Positions 21,391 to 30,896 of a DNA stretch of 64,000 bases are shown one piece after another (the stretch's first letter is position 1; every line of letters starts with the position of its first letter). The notes below the pieces were generated by a model that ran no database searches, was not told the DNA's origin, and was given only the letters and a program-made list of their open reading frames with translations. Made by a program: the position numbers and the translations under genes. The DNA comes from an uncultured Nitrososphaerota archaeon (GTDB lineage Archaea; Thermoproteota; Nitrososphaeria; Conexivisphaerales; DTJL01), in contig CAWJIE010000002.1 in NCBI GenBank assembly GCA_963842885.1, positions 64,001 to 128,000 of the forward strand, written 5' to 3'.

Positions 21391-22311
21391 CTACTCCCTC
21401 CTCCCTCGGGAGGAGTGCCTGACGGAGTAGGTGACGATGTACGAAACCATGAAGGCCATGCCGAAGATGACGGAGGTCAGCCCTATCACGCCCCTGACCC
21501 CCTGGGTGACCGTGATCTGCTTTGTGTAGTAGAAGGAGATGAGGAACGCGGCCAGCAGCCATACGCCAGCGAGGGTGAAGGCGAGGGCCGGGACCCCCAT
21601 GGCGAGGAAGTCCCTTTCGAGGATGGACCTGGAGAGGCGATTCCATCCGCGCGCCGGCCTGGACGGAGACACTGCCGTGACTCCAGGCGCGACCGGTCGG
21701 GCCTTAAGGGTCCTCAGGGTGACGGCCCTGACCCTCAGGCCCGCGACCGCGGCGAGGGCGGTCTCAGGGGAGGTCCCCGCCTCCGAGAAGAAGCCCTCCT
21801 TGGTGAGAGCATAGAGCGCCTTCGGACTCATGGCCGTGACTCCCGCATCGACCGCCCCGATCCCACCCGTCCCGCTCATGCCGACGGCGATGTCCGCTTC
21901 GTCCTTCATGATGGGCCCGAGGACGACAGCTACCTCGTCGGCGTGGCCGAAGCCCTCCCTCTCTACCAGCACGAAGCCTGAGGGGGACTTGAGGATGACT
22001 TCGTTCACGACGTCCGACATGCTCCTCCCCTTCCCCAGGCTCGTCTCGTGGCGTATCACCTGGGCGCCGGCCCTCCTGGCTTCCTCCGACGTCCCGTCCG
22101 TGGAGCCGTCGTCGCAGACTATGACGTTCCCGCAGTGGCCCAGGGCCTGCAGCACGACCCTCGCCATGCTGGCCTCGTCGTTGTACGCCAGGATGCAGGC
22201 ATAGGTGCTCTCGAACCTGGCCCTCTCCTCCCTTGGAACTGTGACCTCCCTGGCCCTTAGGCCCGGGGGCGAGACCGGCGTGCTCATCTGCTCATCTTCA
22301 TGTCCTGTCAT
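21391..22311 (-). CDS. Divergent GT2 paralog lacking the DxD motif
   Basis: AYNDE, CDDGSTD and GKG are retained; the DADGQH position reads EREGFGH; two C-terminal TM helices. Confidence 0.75.
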   Translation of the reverse strand: MTGHEDEQMSTPVSPPGLRAREVTVPREERARFESTYACILAYNDEASMARVVLQALGHCGNVIVCDDGSTDGTSEEARRAGAQVIRHETSLGKGRSMSDVVNEVILKSPSGFVLVEREGFGHADEVAVVLGPIMKDEADIAVGMSGTGGIGAVDAGVTAMSPKALYALTKEGFFSEAGTSPETALAAVAGLRVRAVTLRTLKARPVAPGVTAVSPSRPARGWNRLSRSILERDFLAMGVPALAFTLAGVWLLAAFLISFYYTKQITVTQGVRGVIGLTSVIFGMAFMVSYIVTYSVRHSSRGRRE

Positions 22312-22314
22312 CTA

Positions 22315-22670
22315 TTAGCGTTGCCGGCAGGGAGAGCTCCCTCCCAGGCTGTTGACGCCCAGGAGGAGGAGGTAGTCCCTGTTTTCGGCCCAGGCGGAGG
22401 CCGAGGAGTTGCCCATGGCCATCGCCGCGCGCACGTTCGCAGCGGCCAGTGGGCGTCCCATGGAGAGCGCCTTGGTCAGGAAGGAGGGCGAGAGCCAGAG
22501 AGAGGCCTTCGCGAAGATCGATGCCAGCGCAGACGTCAGGAACCTGCTCCTGACCTGAAGGTTGAGCCGGCAGCAGAGGTGGAGTATCCCTCTCTCCACC
22601 GGGTTCAGGGCGATATGCAGAACCCGCTGCCTGACAAGACGCCGTTCGAGGAGGTGCAGGTCTTCCGTGA
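22315..22670 (-). CDS. Small archaeal hypothetical protein (5' end abuts repeat E1)
   Basis: GC3-rich frame LNPVERGILHL..VRS..L..AL..GRPLA..GN..A..WA....Y...LG, recalled as a TACK hypothetical family; start unclear. Confidence 0.55.
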
Positions 22671-22672
22671 GA

Positions 22673-22991
22673 ACAGCTTCGGCTGCGCTATGGAGTCGAA
22701 CCACATCAGAGTCTCTCTTTGGCGTTACAATCTCGGAGCCGAACGCATCCTTTAACCTTATCGAATCGAGAGGGCATGAGCTTGTCACACATGAGGGAAG
22801 AGTTGAGGTCTCTGCGGCCAGTTGTCTCAAACGAAAGCTGGAGGACGTCAACACCCCTCGGTGATGATTTCGGTGCTGGTGCTGCGAGCGAACTTTAGGT
22901 TTTGTAGTCCAGTACTCGCCTGGAAACTTGGCAATGTAGTAGCCCGGGAAGGTATCAAAAGGATAAGTTCGATTATACAGCGATTATCCTT
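22673..22991. repeat. ~320-bp direct repeat E, copy 1
   Basis: Colinear with 26233-26551 at an offset of 3560; about 34 mismatches in 300 bp by hand count, no indels. Confidence 0.95.
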
Positions 22992-23001
22992 CGGTACGGG
23001 T

Positions 23002-23412
23002 TTAGGTCCCAGCCAAGACCTCGCGGGTGTTCAGAACCCGGAGGCGGTTCTGCCTTTTGAAGTCCTTGTCATCGCTCCAAATAGCCTCACAAGAGGAAGC
23101 CAGGGCCGCGGCGACGAAAGGGGTGTCATCTCTGTCTACCGACCCGATAATGCTCTCCGCCTCGCTCCAACGCACAAGCACCTCTTCTTTGGACACCACT
23201 CGCAAGTTGGTCGCAAGGATGCCAAGAAACAGACGGATTTCCCCTTCGTCGAGACCTGTCTTCTTCTCCAGTGTGTCGATGTGCTTCTCAATCTCTTCAA
23301 AGGCATACTCTGGGACGAAATAGTCGTTGGCAGGGTTCAGGAGGGTGGCCCTCACCAAGGAATCCTTGATGAGAGCCTTCATCAGGACGTTAGTGTCGAC
23401 GAGCAGTTTCAA
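23002..23412 (-). CDS. PIN-domain (VapC-like) toxin
   Basis: [30 protein letters not shown] acidic PIN motifs. Confidence 0.92.
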   Translation of the reverse strand: MKLLVDTNVLMKALIKDSLVRATLLNPANDYFVPEYAFEEIEKHIDTLEKKTGLDEGEIRLFLGILATNLRVVSKEEVLVRWSEAESIIGSVDRDDTPFVAAALASSCEAIWSDDKDFKRQNRLRVLNTREVLAGT

Positions 23413-23648
23413 GAGCCGGGCACTTTGTCTTTACGATACTTCGCAGCCATTCCCTTTTTGATGGAATCGCCTAGGGCACGAGCCTCGGGCTCCGTCAGCA
23501 TGCTCTTCCGAGCTATAGCGTCGAACAGGTCGAGCCTTCTAGCGTACTCCCAAATCGCCTGCCTGGCTACTTCGCTCCACTTGATCTCGGGATGGGACTT
23601 CATTATCCTGTGTAGGTCCTCAGGGACGGCCAGAGTGACATTTACCAT
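23409..23648 (-). CDS. Ribbon-helix-helix antitoxin
   Basis: [10 protein letters not shown]...[14 protein letters not shown]; overlaps the PIN gene by 4 nt. Confidence 0.88.
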   Translation of the reverse strand: MVNVTLAVPEDLHRIMKSHPEIKWSEVARQAIWEYARRLDLFDAIARKSMLTEPEARALGDSIKKGMAAKYRKDKVPGS

Positions 23649-24046
23649 ATCTTCTGTGTGTTATGTGCAGGCACGTATTTATGTATTTGTTGAACATCAG
23701 ATTCGTACAGTCATGAGGAAGAACGGGAGACTATTGCGCTTGTTCATCGCAGGTCTCATGTCCACGCCCTGGGAGCCACGAATCGGGCAGTATTCATGCC
23801 CAAATGGGTTCGACTCCGGAAGCGGCGATGTAGAAATGGCATGAAGCAAACCACTATCACTAGAAAGACACAGGAAACAGCAAGGGAATCATAGGATCAA
23901 CAGATCGGTTTGACAAACGAGGTCCAGACGAGTCGTCTTTTGCGTGAGTCGGCCTGTCTTCTCGAGATGAAGGGGGAATTGGGGATTGATGTCAGGATAG
24001 TTGGCCTATCATGGTCATTGGCGGTCGCGCCGTGGTAGTCGACGTC

Positions 24047-24487
24047 TTACTTCTCTATGTGTTCCCTTATCTCGCGTAGCAGCTCAGGGTTCTTCTGGAG
24101 GAAATCGACCAGCCCTTCCAACCTGTTGATGGTCTCGGGTTGGATGTGATGCTCTATCCCTTCCGTGTCCTGGTTGGCCACCTTATCCTCCACGCCGAGC
24201 ATCAAGAGTAATTCCGAGATCGTGCTGTGCCTCGCAATCACTGACCTCGCGACCTTGGCGCCCTTGTCGGTCAGCTTGATGCCCCGATAGGGCACGTGCA
24301 CCAAGTAGCCCCTTGCGGCGAGCCTCTCCAGCATGCTCGACACTGACGGAGGTCTGACTTGAAGGTTCTCTGCGATGTCGACCGTGCTCGCATAGCCCTT
24401 GTCCTGGACAAGATGGTAGATCGCCTTGAGATAGTCCTCCAGCCTCGACGTCCGTTCCTCCGGCGCCATCTGGGTCGCCTTTGCCAA
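24047..24487 (-). CDS. mntR: DtxR/MntR-family metal-dependent repressor
   Basis: EDYLKAIY, PPSVSSML, LTDKG, ARH, EGIEHHI; divergent from an Nramp gene. Confidence 0.92.
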   Translation of the reverse strand: MAKATQMAPEERTSRLEDYLKAIYHLVQDKGYASTVDIAENLQVRPPSVSSMLERLAARGYLVHVPYRGIKLTDKGAKVARSVIARHSTISELLLMLGVEDKVANQDTEGIEHHIQPETINRLEGLVDFLQKNPELLREIREHIEK

Positions 24488-24545
24488 CTGGTCCCCCGCT
24501 GCAAGAGAAGAAAGCCCTCACTCATTAAAAAGGATTCTCAATTGA

Positions 24546-24597
24546 TTAGGGAATACTAAACAAAGACGGGTACTCTAATTATATTAGATTCACCTAA
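24546..24597. promoter_or_regulatory. Two DtxR-type operator palindromes, TTAG-N6-CTAA
   Basis: TTAGGGAATACTAA at 24546-24559 and TTAGATTCACCTAA at 24584-24597, the latter next to TTAAATA at ~24600. Confidence 0.75.
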
Positions 24598-24634
24598 ACT
24601 TAAATAGTACCCCCTCCCTAGGCGATGCGAAACC

Positions 24635-25933
24635 TTGTCCGCACCCTCGAATGACGCTCTCCAGTCGCCCGAGCGAGAAGCCGAGGAAGAGGCGGCAAGG
24701 CGCAGCGGAACCGGATGGTCCGCCTACCTCAAGTTCTTCGGTCCGGCCGTCATGGCATCCGTCGCCTACATCGACCCGGGGAACTTCGGGACCGACATCT
24801 CGGCCGGAGCAAAGTACGGCTACCTGCTGCTGTGGTCGGTCATGCTCGCCAACCTCATGGGGATGCTGCTCCAGTACCTCTCGGGGAAGCTGGGGATAGC
24901 CACCGGCCAGTCGCTCGCCGAACTGACAAGGCAGAGCCTCGGCAGCCGTGCGAAGGTGATACCGTACTGGCTGGCGAGCGAGGTGTTCGCACTGTTCACC
25001 GACCTGGCGGAGTTCCTGGGGGTGACTTCAGCGTTATACCTGCTCTCCGACGGAGCGGTGCCGCTTCTTGTGGCGGCCTGGATTTCGGCCTTCGACGTGG
25101 TCGTGGTCTTCGCCATCGCCGGCAAGAGGTTCCGGAGGATCGAGCTGATGATAACTACGCTCGTGTTCGGCATCGGCCTCGGTTACATATACGAAATCTT
25201 CCTGGTGAAGCCCGACGCCGCCTCGATCGGCCGTGGGCTCATAATCCCCACGATAGCCAGCAATGCGCAGCTGTTCCTGGTGGTCGGGATCATCGGGGCG
25301 ACGGTCATGCCTCATGCCCTCGTGCTCCACTCGTCTCTCACCAAAGCCAAGGCGGTCGGGATGGACGTGGACCAGAGGAAGAAGCTCTTGAAACTCCACA
25401 GATGGGACACGATAGCGAACCTGACTGTGGCGGGGCTGATCAACATGGCGATCCTGATAATGGCCGCCGCCGCGTTCTTCGCAGCTGGACTCAACGTCGC
25501 CACCATCAACGATGCCTACAAGACGCTGGTGCCCCTCTTCGGACTGTCCGCGAGCGTGGTCTTCGCGCTGACGCTTCTCTTCTCCGGGTGGGCCTCCTCG
25601 ACGGTGGGCGTGTTGGCGGGGCAGACGATACTGGAGGGACTTCTGGGGTCGAAGCTTAATCCGTGGTACAGGAGGATCGTCCTTAGGGTGATAAACGTCG
25701 TGCCGGCGAGCATCGCGATAACCCTGGGCTTCGATCCCCTTGTGCTCCTCGTCTACAGCCAGGTGGTGCTCAGCCTGCTGATACCGCTCCCGCTCATCCC
25801 ACTGATCTACTATACCTCCCGCAAGAAATTCATGGGCCAGTTCGTGAACAGGCACAGCATAACCTTCCTGGCGATAGTGGTGGCAGCCACCATCGTAGGC
25901 CTGAACGCGGTCCTCCTTTATACTTCCATTTGA
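24635..25933 (+). CDS. mntH: Nramp-family Mn2+/Fe2+ transporter
   Basis: AYIDPGN, GATVMPH, STVGVLAGQ, SQVVLS. Confidence 0.96.
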   Translation: MSAPSNDALQSPEREAEEEAARRSGTGWSAYLKFFGPAVMASVAYIDPGNFGTDISAGAKYGYLLLWSVMLANLMGMLLQYLSGKLGIATGQSLAELTRQSLGSRAKVIPYWLASEVFALFTDLAEFLGVTSALYLLSDGAVPLLVAAWISAFDVVVVFAIAGKRFRRIELMITTLVFGIGLGYIYEIFLVKPDAASIGRGLIIPTIASNAQLFLVVGIIGATVMPHALVLHSSLTKAKAVGMDVDQRKKLLKLHRWDTIANLTVAGLINMAILIMAAAAFFAAGLNVATINDAYKTLVPLFGLSASVVFALTLLFSGWASSTVGVLAGQTILEGLLGSKLNPWYRRIVLRVINVVPASIAITLGFDPLVLLVYSQVVLSLLIPLPLIPLIYYTSRKKFMGQFVNRHSITFLAIVVAATIVGLNAVLLYTSI

Positions 25934-26232
25934 GAAGGGGAGATAGAGAGATGAACTCTTCAGGAGGGGGGTGGGAGGCTAAAGGAACTTCGTCGACGAG
26001 CCTCGCCATGACCTCCCTGAACGAGAAGCTCGATTATGCTGTGTCTTAGCCCGACAGTTGGGCTCGAAGGGGCTCATGCCGAATTGGGTTCAAACCCCTA
26101 TCCTCAAGTTACCCGATTCTCGAGAAGCAGGCCGTCAGTCTCATCCTATTGCCACCGACATCCTCTGTTCTAGTCATCGAACTGTACGGCGAGCCGGTTA
26201 CCCAAGTCATAATAAGCCGTTAGGGCATCAAC

Positions 26233-26551
26233 ACGGCTTCGGCTGCGCTATGGAGTCGAACCACATCAGATACTCTCTTTGGCGTTACAATCTCGGAGCC
26301 GGACGCGTCCTTTAACCTTATCGAATCGAGACGGCGTGAACCTGTCACACATGGGGGAAGAGCTGAAACCTCTACGGCCTGCTGTTTCAAGCGAAAGCTG
26401 GGGGACGTCAATACCCCTCGGTGATGATTTCGGTGCTGGTGCTGCGGGCGAACTTAAGGTCTTGTAGTTCAGTACTGGCCCGTCAACTTGGCAATGTGGT
26501 AGCCCGGGAAGGCGTCGAAAGGAAAAGTTCGATCATACAGAGTTTATCCTT
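26233..26551. repeat. ~320-bp direct repeat E, copy 2
   Basis: See copy 1. Confidence 0.95.
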
Positions 26552-26724
26552 GCTGTAGGAACTGGAGGGATTAGCACCTGTCTGGGTTCATCGTTAAATT
26601 CGTCTCATCAGGATTCCAGCTTCTTGAATCAACGCCCAGGTGCTGAGAGTGGTAGACAGGAAGGCTTTGCGCCTATGCCTTTAAGATAGAATCATTAGAC
26701 GCGCCATTAACGTTTGGAGAGGGT

Positions 26725-28311
26725 TCATGGAATCCTCTCTTCGATCGATCGAGGCCTTGGCTGGCGGCGCCTTCTTAAGAGGAAGAAACCGGCCGCGACG
26801 ACCACGACTGCCACTGCCACCCCGCCCAGGATCAGCGTCGTAGTCGTAGTCGGCGTTGTTAGAGGGCCGCCCAAGGCGAACGGAGAACCCGATAGGGCCG
26901 CGACGAGAATGTCACCGCAGACCATGGTGCCGGGGGTGAAAGTTATGTTGGCTGCCTGGATCCATGAACCGTTCGAGTAATAGTCGATCACCGTGTTGGC
27001 ATCCGCATTGACATTTGACATGCAAAGGTGTGCGGTCCCTCCCGAGATTCCAGTTATGGCCAAGTCATAAAATCCGAATGAAGTGCTGTTGGACCCGTTG
27101 ACGCTCAATCCGCCCGTGTTCGTGGGCTGGCTGGTCAACTGCGAGGCGCTTATCTCCGCAGTAGACCCGGTCGTATCTGAGATGCTCACGTTCATTCCTA
27201 TGTTCATAAAGATCGCGGTGGAGGTAGATCCTGAAGTGACCGTGGCAGACGCCTGCTGGGTGGATTGGCAAGTTTCGACTATCGTTGGATTTCCCGTCAT
27301 CGTCCCCATATTGTTTATGACACCTCCGCCGTTGTTGAAGAGATAACCGGTGTTGTCGATCGTAGCTCCGGCGTTGTTATTCAGCGTACCGAGGATGCCC
27401 ATCGTATTGAAGTTGTTAAAGACACCATAGTTGTCGAAGGTCTCAGTGGTCCAGATGCCATTAGCTCCGTAGTTGTCAAAGGTACCGTAGTTATTGATCG
27501 TCGCAGATACAACTCCGTAGCTGTCAAGGGTACCATAGTTATTGATTACAACTCCAGGTGCAGCTCCGACATCGAAGAGTAGCGTGCCACTTTCGACTTC
27601 GACAGTGCCACCCACCTGGTTGTCAAGCGTGCCACCATTCCCATTCCCCATGCTGATTCCGGACTGGTCATCCAGAAGACCGGTGTTAGAAAAGACGCCG
27701 CCGATGTGCAGCCCAAATGGTTCGGGGGCGGAAGTGACAAACGTGCCGGAATTATCGACCGTGCCGTCCGTATTGATGCTAAAACCTCCAGAATTTGAAA
27801 TCGTGCCACTGTTAATTATCGTGCCATCAACGCTAGTAAAGTTGGACGTGTCAACCGTACCCGAATTGTTGGACGTGTCAATCGTACCCGAATTCAAGAG
27901 CGTGCTTCCTGGGCCTACGTTGAGCTGCCCACTGCTGTCAATCACTCCTCCGCTATCGACTGACACTACGCCAGCCGATACGTTAGATTCGTACACAGAA
28001 AATAAGCCAGAATTGTCTACAATGCCTTGAATAGTGATCATGTGATCGGTACCCAGGCTGGTGCCCGAGTCTATTTGGATGGTCGTTCCGGATGGAATTG
28101 TACTGCCAGGATACCCCACCTCACAATCATTTGTCGAATCATTCCAATTACCATTGAGCGGAGCCGCCACACAGCTATCGGCGTTCAATACGATTGTCGA
28201 CTGGGCATGCACAACTGGAGATGTAACTACGGGACCCAGGAACCCGGAGGCCGCCAGAAGAGCAAGCAGAAGGACCGCCTTCTTGTGCATTCCCAACCAT
28301 TGGACTCTCAT
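26725..28311 (-). CDS. Secreted, membrane-anchored Asn/Gly/Thr-rich surface protein (beta-helix-like)
   Basis: Signal peptide; repeated NSGT(I/V)/NYGT(F/L); 27-bp tandem duplication at 27841-27894; Thr linker, TM helix, RRRR tail. Confidence 0.85.
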   Translation of the reverse strand: MRVQWLGMHKKAVLLLALLAASGFLGPVVTSPVVHAQSTIVLNADSCVAAPLNGNWNDSTNDCEVGYPGSTIPSGTTIQIDSGTSLGTDHMITIQGIVDNSGLFSVYESNVSAGVVSVDSGGVIDSSGQLNVGPGSTLLNSGTIDTSNNSGTVDTSNFTSVDGTIINSGTISNSGGFSINTDGTVDNSGTFVTSAPEPFGLHIGGVFSNTGLLDDQSGISMGNGNGGTLDNQVGGTVEVESGTLLFDVGAAPGVVINNYGTLDSYGVVSATINNYGTFDNYGANGIWTTETFDNYGVFNNFNTMGILGTLNNNAGATIDNTGYLFNNGGGVINNMGTMTGNPTIVETCQSTQQASATVTSGSTSTAIFMNIGMNVSISDTTGSTAEISASQLTSQPTNTGGLSVNGSNSTSFGFYDLAITGISGGTAHLCMSNVNADANTVIDYYSNGSWIQAANITFTPGTMVCGDILVAALSGSPFALGGPLTTPTTTTTLILGGVAVAVVVVAAGFFLLRRRRQPRPRSIEERIP

Positions 28312-28575
28312 GGAAGACCGTTATTTAAGAGCGCTAGTCCAGTTTTGGTTATGCTACCGAAAACTGAGGAGAGGGTGCCCGGCGCCCTTCCGGCAGCGAG
28401 TTTGGTGGGATTCGGCCTCAGTTGGGTACTTGGAACCGCTAGAAATCGGATTCCCGTCAAGCTTCAACTGGCAAGCCACACCGAGAGTTCGCGAGACTCG
28501 ATTGTGGTTAGACCAACAGACAAGCCTGGATTGATGGCCTGAGAGATTCATAGCTTTGCTTAACCAAGGTGAAGA

Positions 28576-28627
28576 TAGCCCGGGAAGGCATCGAAAGGAA
28601 AAGTTCGATCATACGGCGTCTATCCTT
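28576..28627. repeat. Partial third copy of repeat E (right end)
   Basis: TAGCCCGGGAAGGCATCGAAAGGAAAAGTTCGATCATAC...TATCCTT matches 26500-26551. Confidence 0.88.
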
Positions 28628-28746
28628 CCGGGAGCAAGACCGATTTGCCGAGGTACCAAGGTAATTAGACATTTCCTTTGCTATAGGAAAGTGAAGTTGT
28701 TTTGAGTCGGAAGCGTAGTTACAGTCCCCAGACCTAAGTGATTTAA

Positions 28747-29310
28747 GTGGGGGACATGGGGCCCACTCTGGCGATTGACGTGCAGAGAAGAACGGTTGGG
28801 ATAGGGCTAGTCGTCTTCGTAATCGGGATTGCATTGGTCATCGGCGGCGCCCTCGGAGCGCTCGGTTCAGTAAATATCAACAGGACATTCACCCAGCCGC
28901 AGCCCGGGGAATATGTCTCGGCCGAGATAATGCTGAACACCACCTCAGATCTTGTGGTGTCATCTCCCGCTTCTGTGGGTGGAATCATCTATGCCCAAGA
29001 CCTGAACCAGGTGAACTCGACGGACGTCAGTGCGTACGCCATCCCCTACAACTCGACGGGAGCGGGAAGCGCCATCTACAAGTCGCTCAGCGGAGACTTC
29101 TATTACGTTGCTTTCTCCTCAGCCCAGCCCGGCAGTACCATCGTAGCTACGCCTCTGAGGTCAGCTGCGCGCGGGTACGGAGCGCTCGTCCTGCTAGGAA
29201 TAGTCTGCGTGATAGTGGGAATCGTAGTCGCGGCGGTGGGCGCGTTCCGCAAGAGCAAGGCGCCAGTTCACGAAACGGCCGAAGCATGGATAGAGTCGCA
29301 GAAGGCTTAA
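28747..29310 (+). CDS. Membrane protein with N- and C-terminal TM helices
   Basis: Two hydrophobic stretches around a small soluble domain. Confidence 0.75.
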   Translation: MGDMGPTLAIDVQRRTVGIGLVVFVIGIALVIGGALGALGSVNINRTFTQPQPGEYVSAEIMLNTTSDLVVSSPASVGGIIYAQDLNQVNSTDVSAYAIPYNSTGAGSAIYKSLSGDFYYVAFSSAQPGSTIVATPLRSAARGYGALVLLGIVCVIVGIVVAAVGAFRKSKAPVHETAEAWIESQKA

Positions 29311-29584
29311 GCGAATCTTCACGCAGACGCCCTCCGCAGAGTGGCACGCCCCGAAACGACGCGCATCTTTTGGTGCCGATGCGCAGCTCGACCTTGTGGG
29401 GTTCGGAATCGCCCACGTTGAACTCATACTTCCTTGGGCCCAGCCACAAGTGTTGGCTGTCTGTTAGTTCCTTGCCATCGACTTCGACCTTGATCCTGCC
29501 GAGCCAGAGACCGCCTGAGTGGTCGACAGCGACGACATGTCTTTCCTTGGTGCCTATCGTGAACCTCGCGCTACCCACATCCAC
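29310..29584 (-). CDS. Small beta-rich hypothetical protein, 3' end possibly degenerate
   Basis: Internal duplication FTIGTKERHVV / FNVGDSEPHKV; the ORF runs on into the convergent gene. Confidence 0.45.
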
Positions 29585-29648
29585 TCTATCGGTATGCCGA
29601 ACCGCTATTTACGGGCCCCAATTCACAGCTCAACCATCTCTTTCAATT

Positions 29649-29891
29649 CTACACATTCTTGTAGCTCAACTCGTTCCTGTAACTCAACACGTTCTTGTAG
29701 TTCGACGCATTCCTGAAGTCCAACTCGTTCTTGTAATTCAACTCATTCTTGAAATTCAACACGTTCCTGTAATTCAACTCGTTCCTGAAGCTCAACTCGT
29801 TCCTGTAGTCCAATTCGTTCCTGTAATTCAACTCGTTCCGTCTGTTCAACGCGAACTCGTATTTCAGTTTAATCCACGCTACCACCACCAT
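29649..29891 (-). CDS. Hexapeptide-repeat miniprotein, consensus N-E-L-[NDS]-[YF]-[RK] x10
   Basis: 18-bp tandem repeat at 29658-29837 whose variants are mostly synonymous or conservative in this frame. Confidence 0.6.
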   Translation of the reverse strand: MVVVAWIKLKYEFALNRRNELNYRNELDYRNELSFRNELNYRNVLNFKNELNYKNELDFRNASNYKNVLSYRNELSYKNV

Positions 29892-29909
29892 TCGCAGACC
29901 AAGCCCACG
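29888..29909 (+). repeat. Core repeat A (variant)
   Basis: CCATTCGCAGACCAAGCCCACG. Confidence 0.8.
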
Positions 29910-29938
29910 CCCGAGATGGCTGATTGAGGAAACCGGCT

Positions 29939-30748
29939 TTATTTGACTATGAAGTACAGAAGGACCAATTGTCCCCATTCGTCACCGCCCGCCATGGTGT
30001 AAAACCCTGGGGCGAACTTTTGCACTTGACTCGGTGGGTAGTTGTAATTCAGATATGTGCCTTGCAAGGGGAACGATCCCGAGACGGGAGCTGTCCAATT
30101 GTTTCCATATGGCTCCCATGTCTTGTTTCCTGAAGGTTGCCAGTACTCAAAGGCGGTGGCGTTGTCGCTCAGGGGCTGAAAGACGAAATATCCGACAGAA
30201 AGAGGAAGGGAGGCTGTCACTCGCGGGATGGTGATTAATGCTTGCGCAGATGAGACATTATCGGGTACATAGTAGCCGCTATAGATGGCAAGCGCCATCG
30301 GAGTGAGGTAAAGGTCTGTCGGAAAGGGTTCCCCACCTGGAAAAGGCAATGGGATGCTCGTGTAGTTGGTTGCCCACCAACTACTCGTGACGTTGTTCGT
30401 CGAGAAGAGGGTGTTCGTTTCGCTCATGGTGACCATTATGGCTCCTCCACTTGGAACCGAAGTTGAGTTGATGGTCAGGCTAAGCTTCAATCCAGTAGAA
30501 GTGCTCGTGACGCTTGTTGTATTGGTCAAGCTGGAAGGATTGAGAGGATACGAGATTGCGCCTGTATGGTTAGGCGCAAGGACATACGCTGCGGCTCCAA
30601 CCAAGAGGACTGCCAACAAGGCGACCGCGACTACTCCGTATGGCGCCAGCAGTCGCCTCCGCTTGGGTGGCAATTCGACGTTGACACTCTGGCCGAGGCC
30701 TTGGCCTGACACAGATGATTGGTACACAAGACTCGGATATAACGCCAT
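29939..30748 (-). CDS. Membrane-anchored extracytoplasmic protein
   Basis: KRRR plus a TM helix, S/T-rich domain, ends GGDEWGQLVLLYFIVK. Confidence 0.78.
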   Translation of the reverse strand: MALYPSLVYQSSVSGQGLGQSVNVELPPKRRRLLAPYGVVAVALLAVLLVGAAAYVLAPNHTGAISYPLNPSSLTNTTSVTSTSTGLKLSLTINSTSVPSGGAIMVTMSETNTLFSTNNVTSSWWATNYTSIPLPFPGGEPFPTDLYLTPMALAIYSGYYVPDNVSSAQALITIPRVTASLPLSVGYFVFQPLSDNATAFEYWQPSGNKTWEPYGNNWTAPVSGSFPLQGTYLNYNYPPSQVQKFAPGFYTMAGGDEWGQLVLLYFIVK

Positions 30749-30795
30749 ACCTGTGGACAGCCCCTCCTCGGCCCAGCACCCTTGTCCTATCCCAG

Positions 30796-30861
30796 TTAAC
30801 CTATTGTTTTCAATGACACAACGATGTACCGTCAGCCCATCTTCGCAGGTCCAAGCCCACG
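30796..30861 (+). repeat. Module B plus core repeat A
   Basis: TTAACCTATTGTTTTCAATGACACAACGATG (30796-30826) ... TTCGCAGGTCCAAGCCCACG (30842-30861). Confidence 0.92.
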
Positions 30862-30896
30862 TCCAAGGTCGAGGTCGTGTGCACGGATGTCCAGCT

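Noticed and set aside
22671-22854. N-terminal 60 aa of ORF 22315..22854
   Set aside because: This segment lies inside repeat E; copy 2 differs mostly non-synonymously, so it is probably not real coding sequence.
22861-22900. GTGATGA in repeat E as a C/D-box sRNA
   Set aside because: No appropriately placed CTGA D box was seen.
22822-23844. 340-aa + strand ORF, and other long shadow ORFs (2648..3832, 20177..21307, 24715..25659, 42589..43527)
   Set aside because: They are antisense or alternate-frame shadows of well-supported genes in GC-rich DNA.
29658-29837. 18-bp tandem repeat as a mini-CRISPR or neutral VNTR
   Set aside because: There are no spacers, and the variation respects one reading frame.
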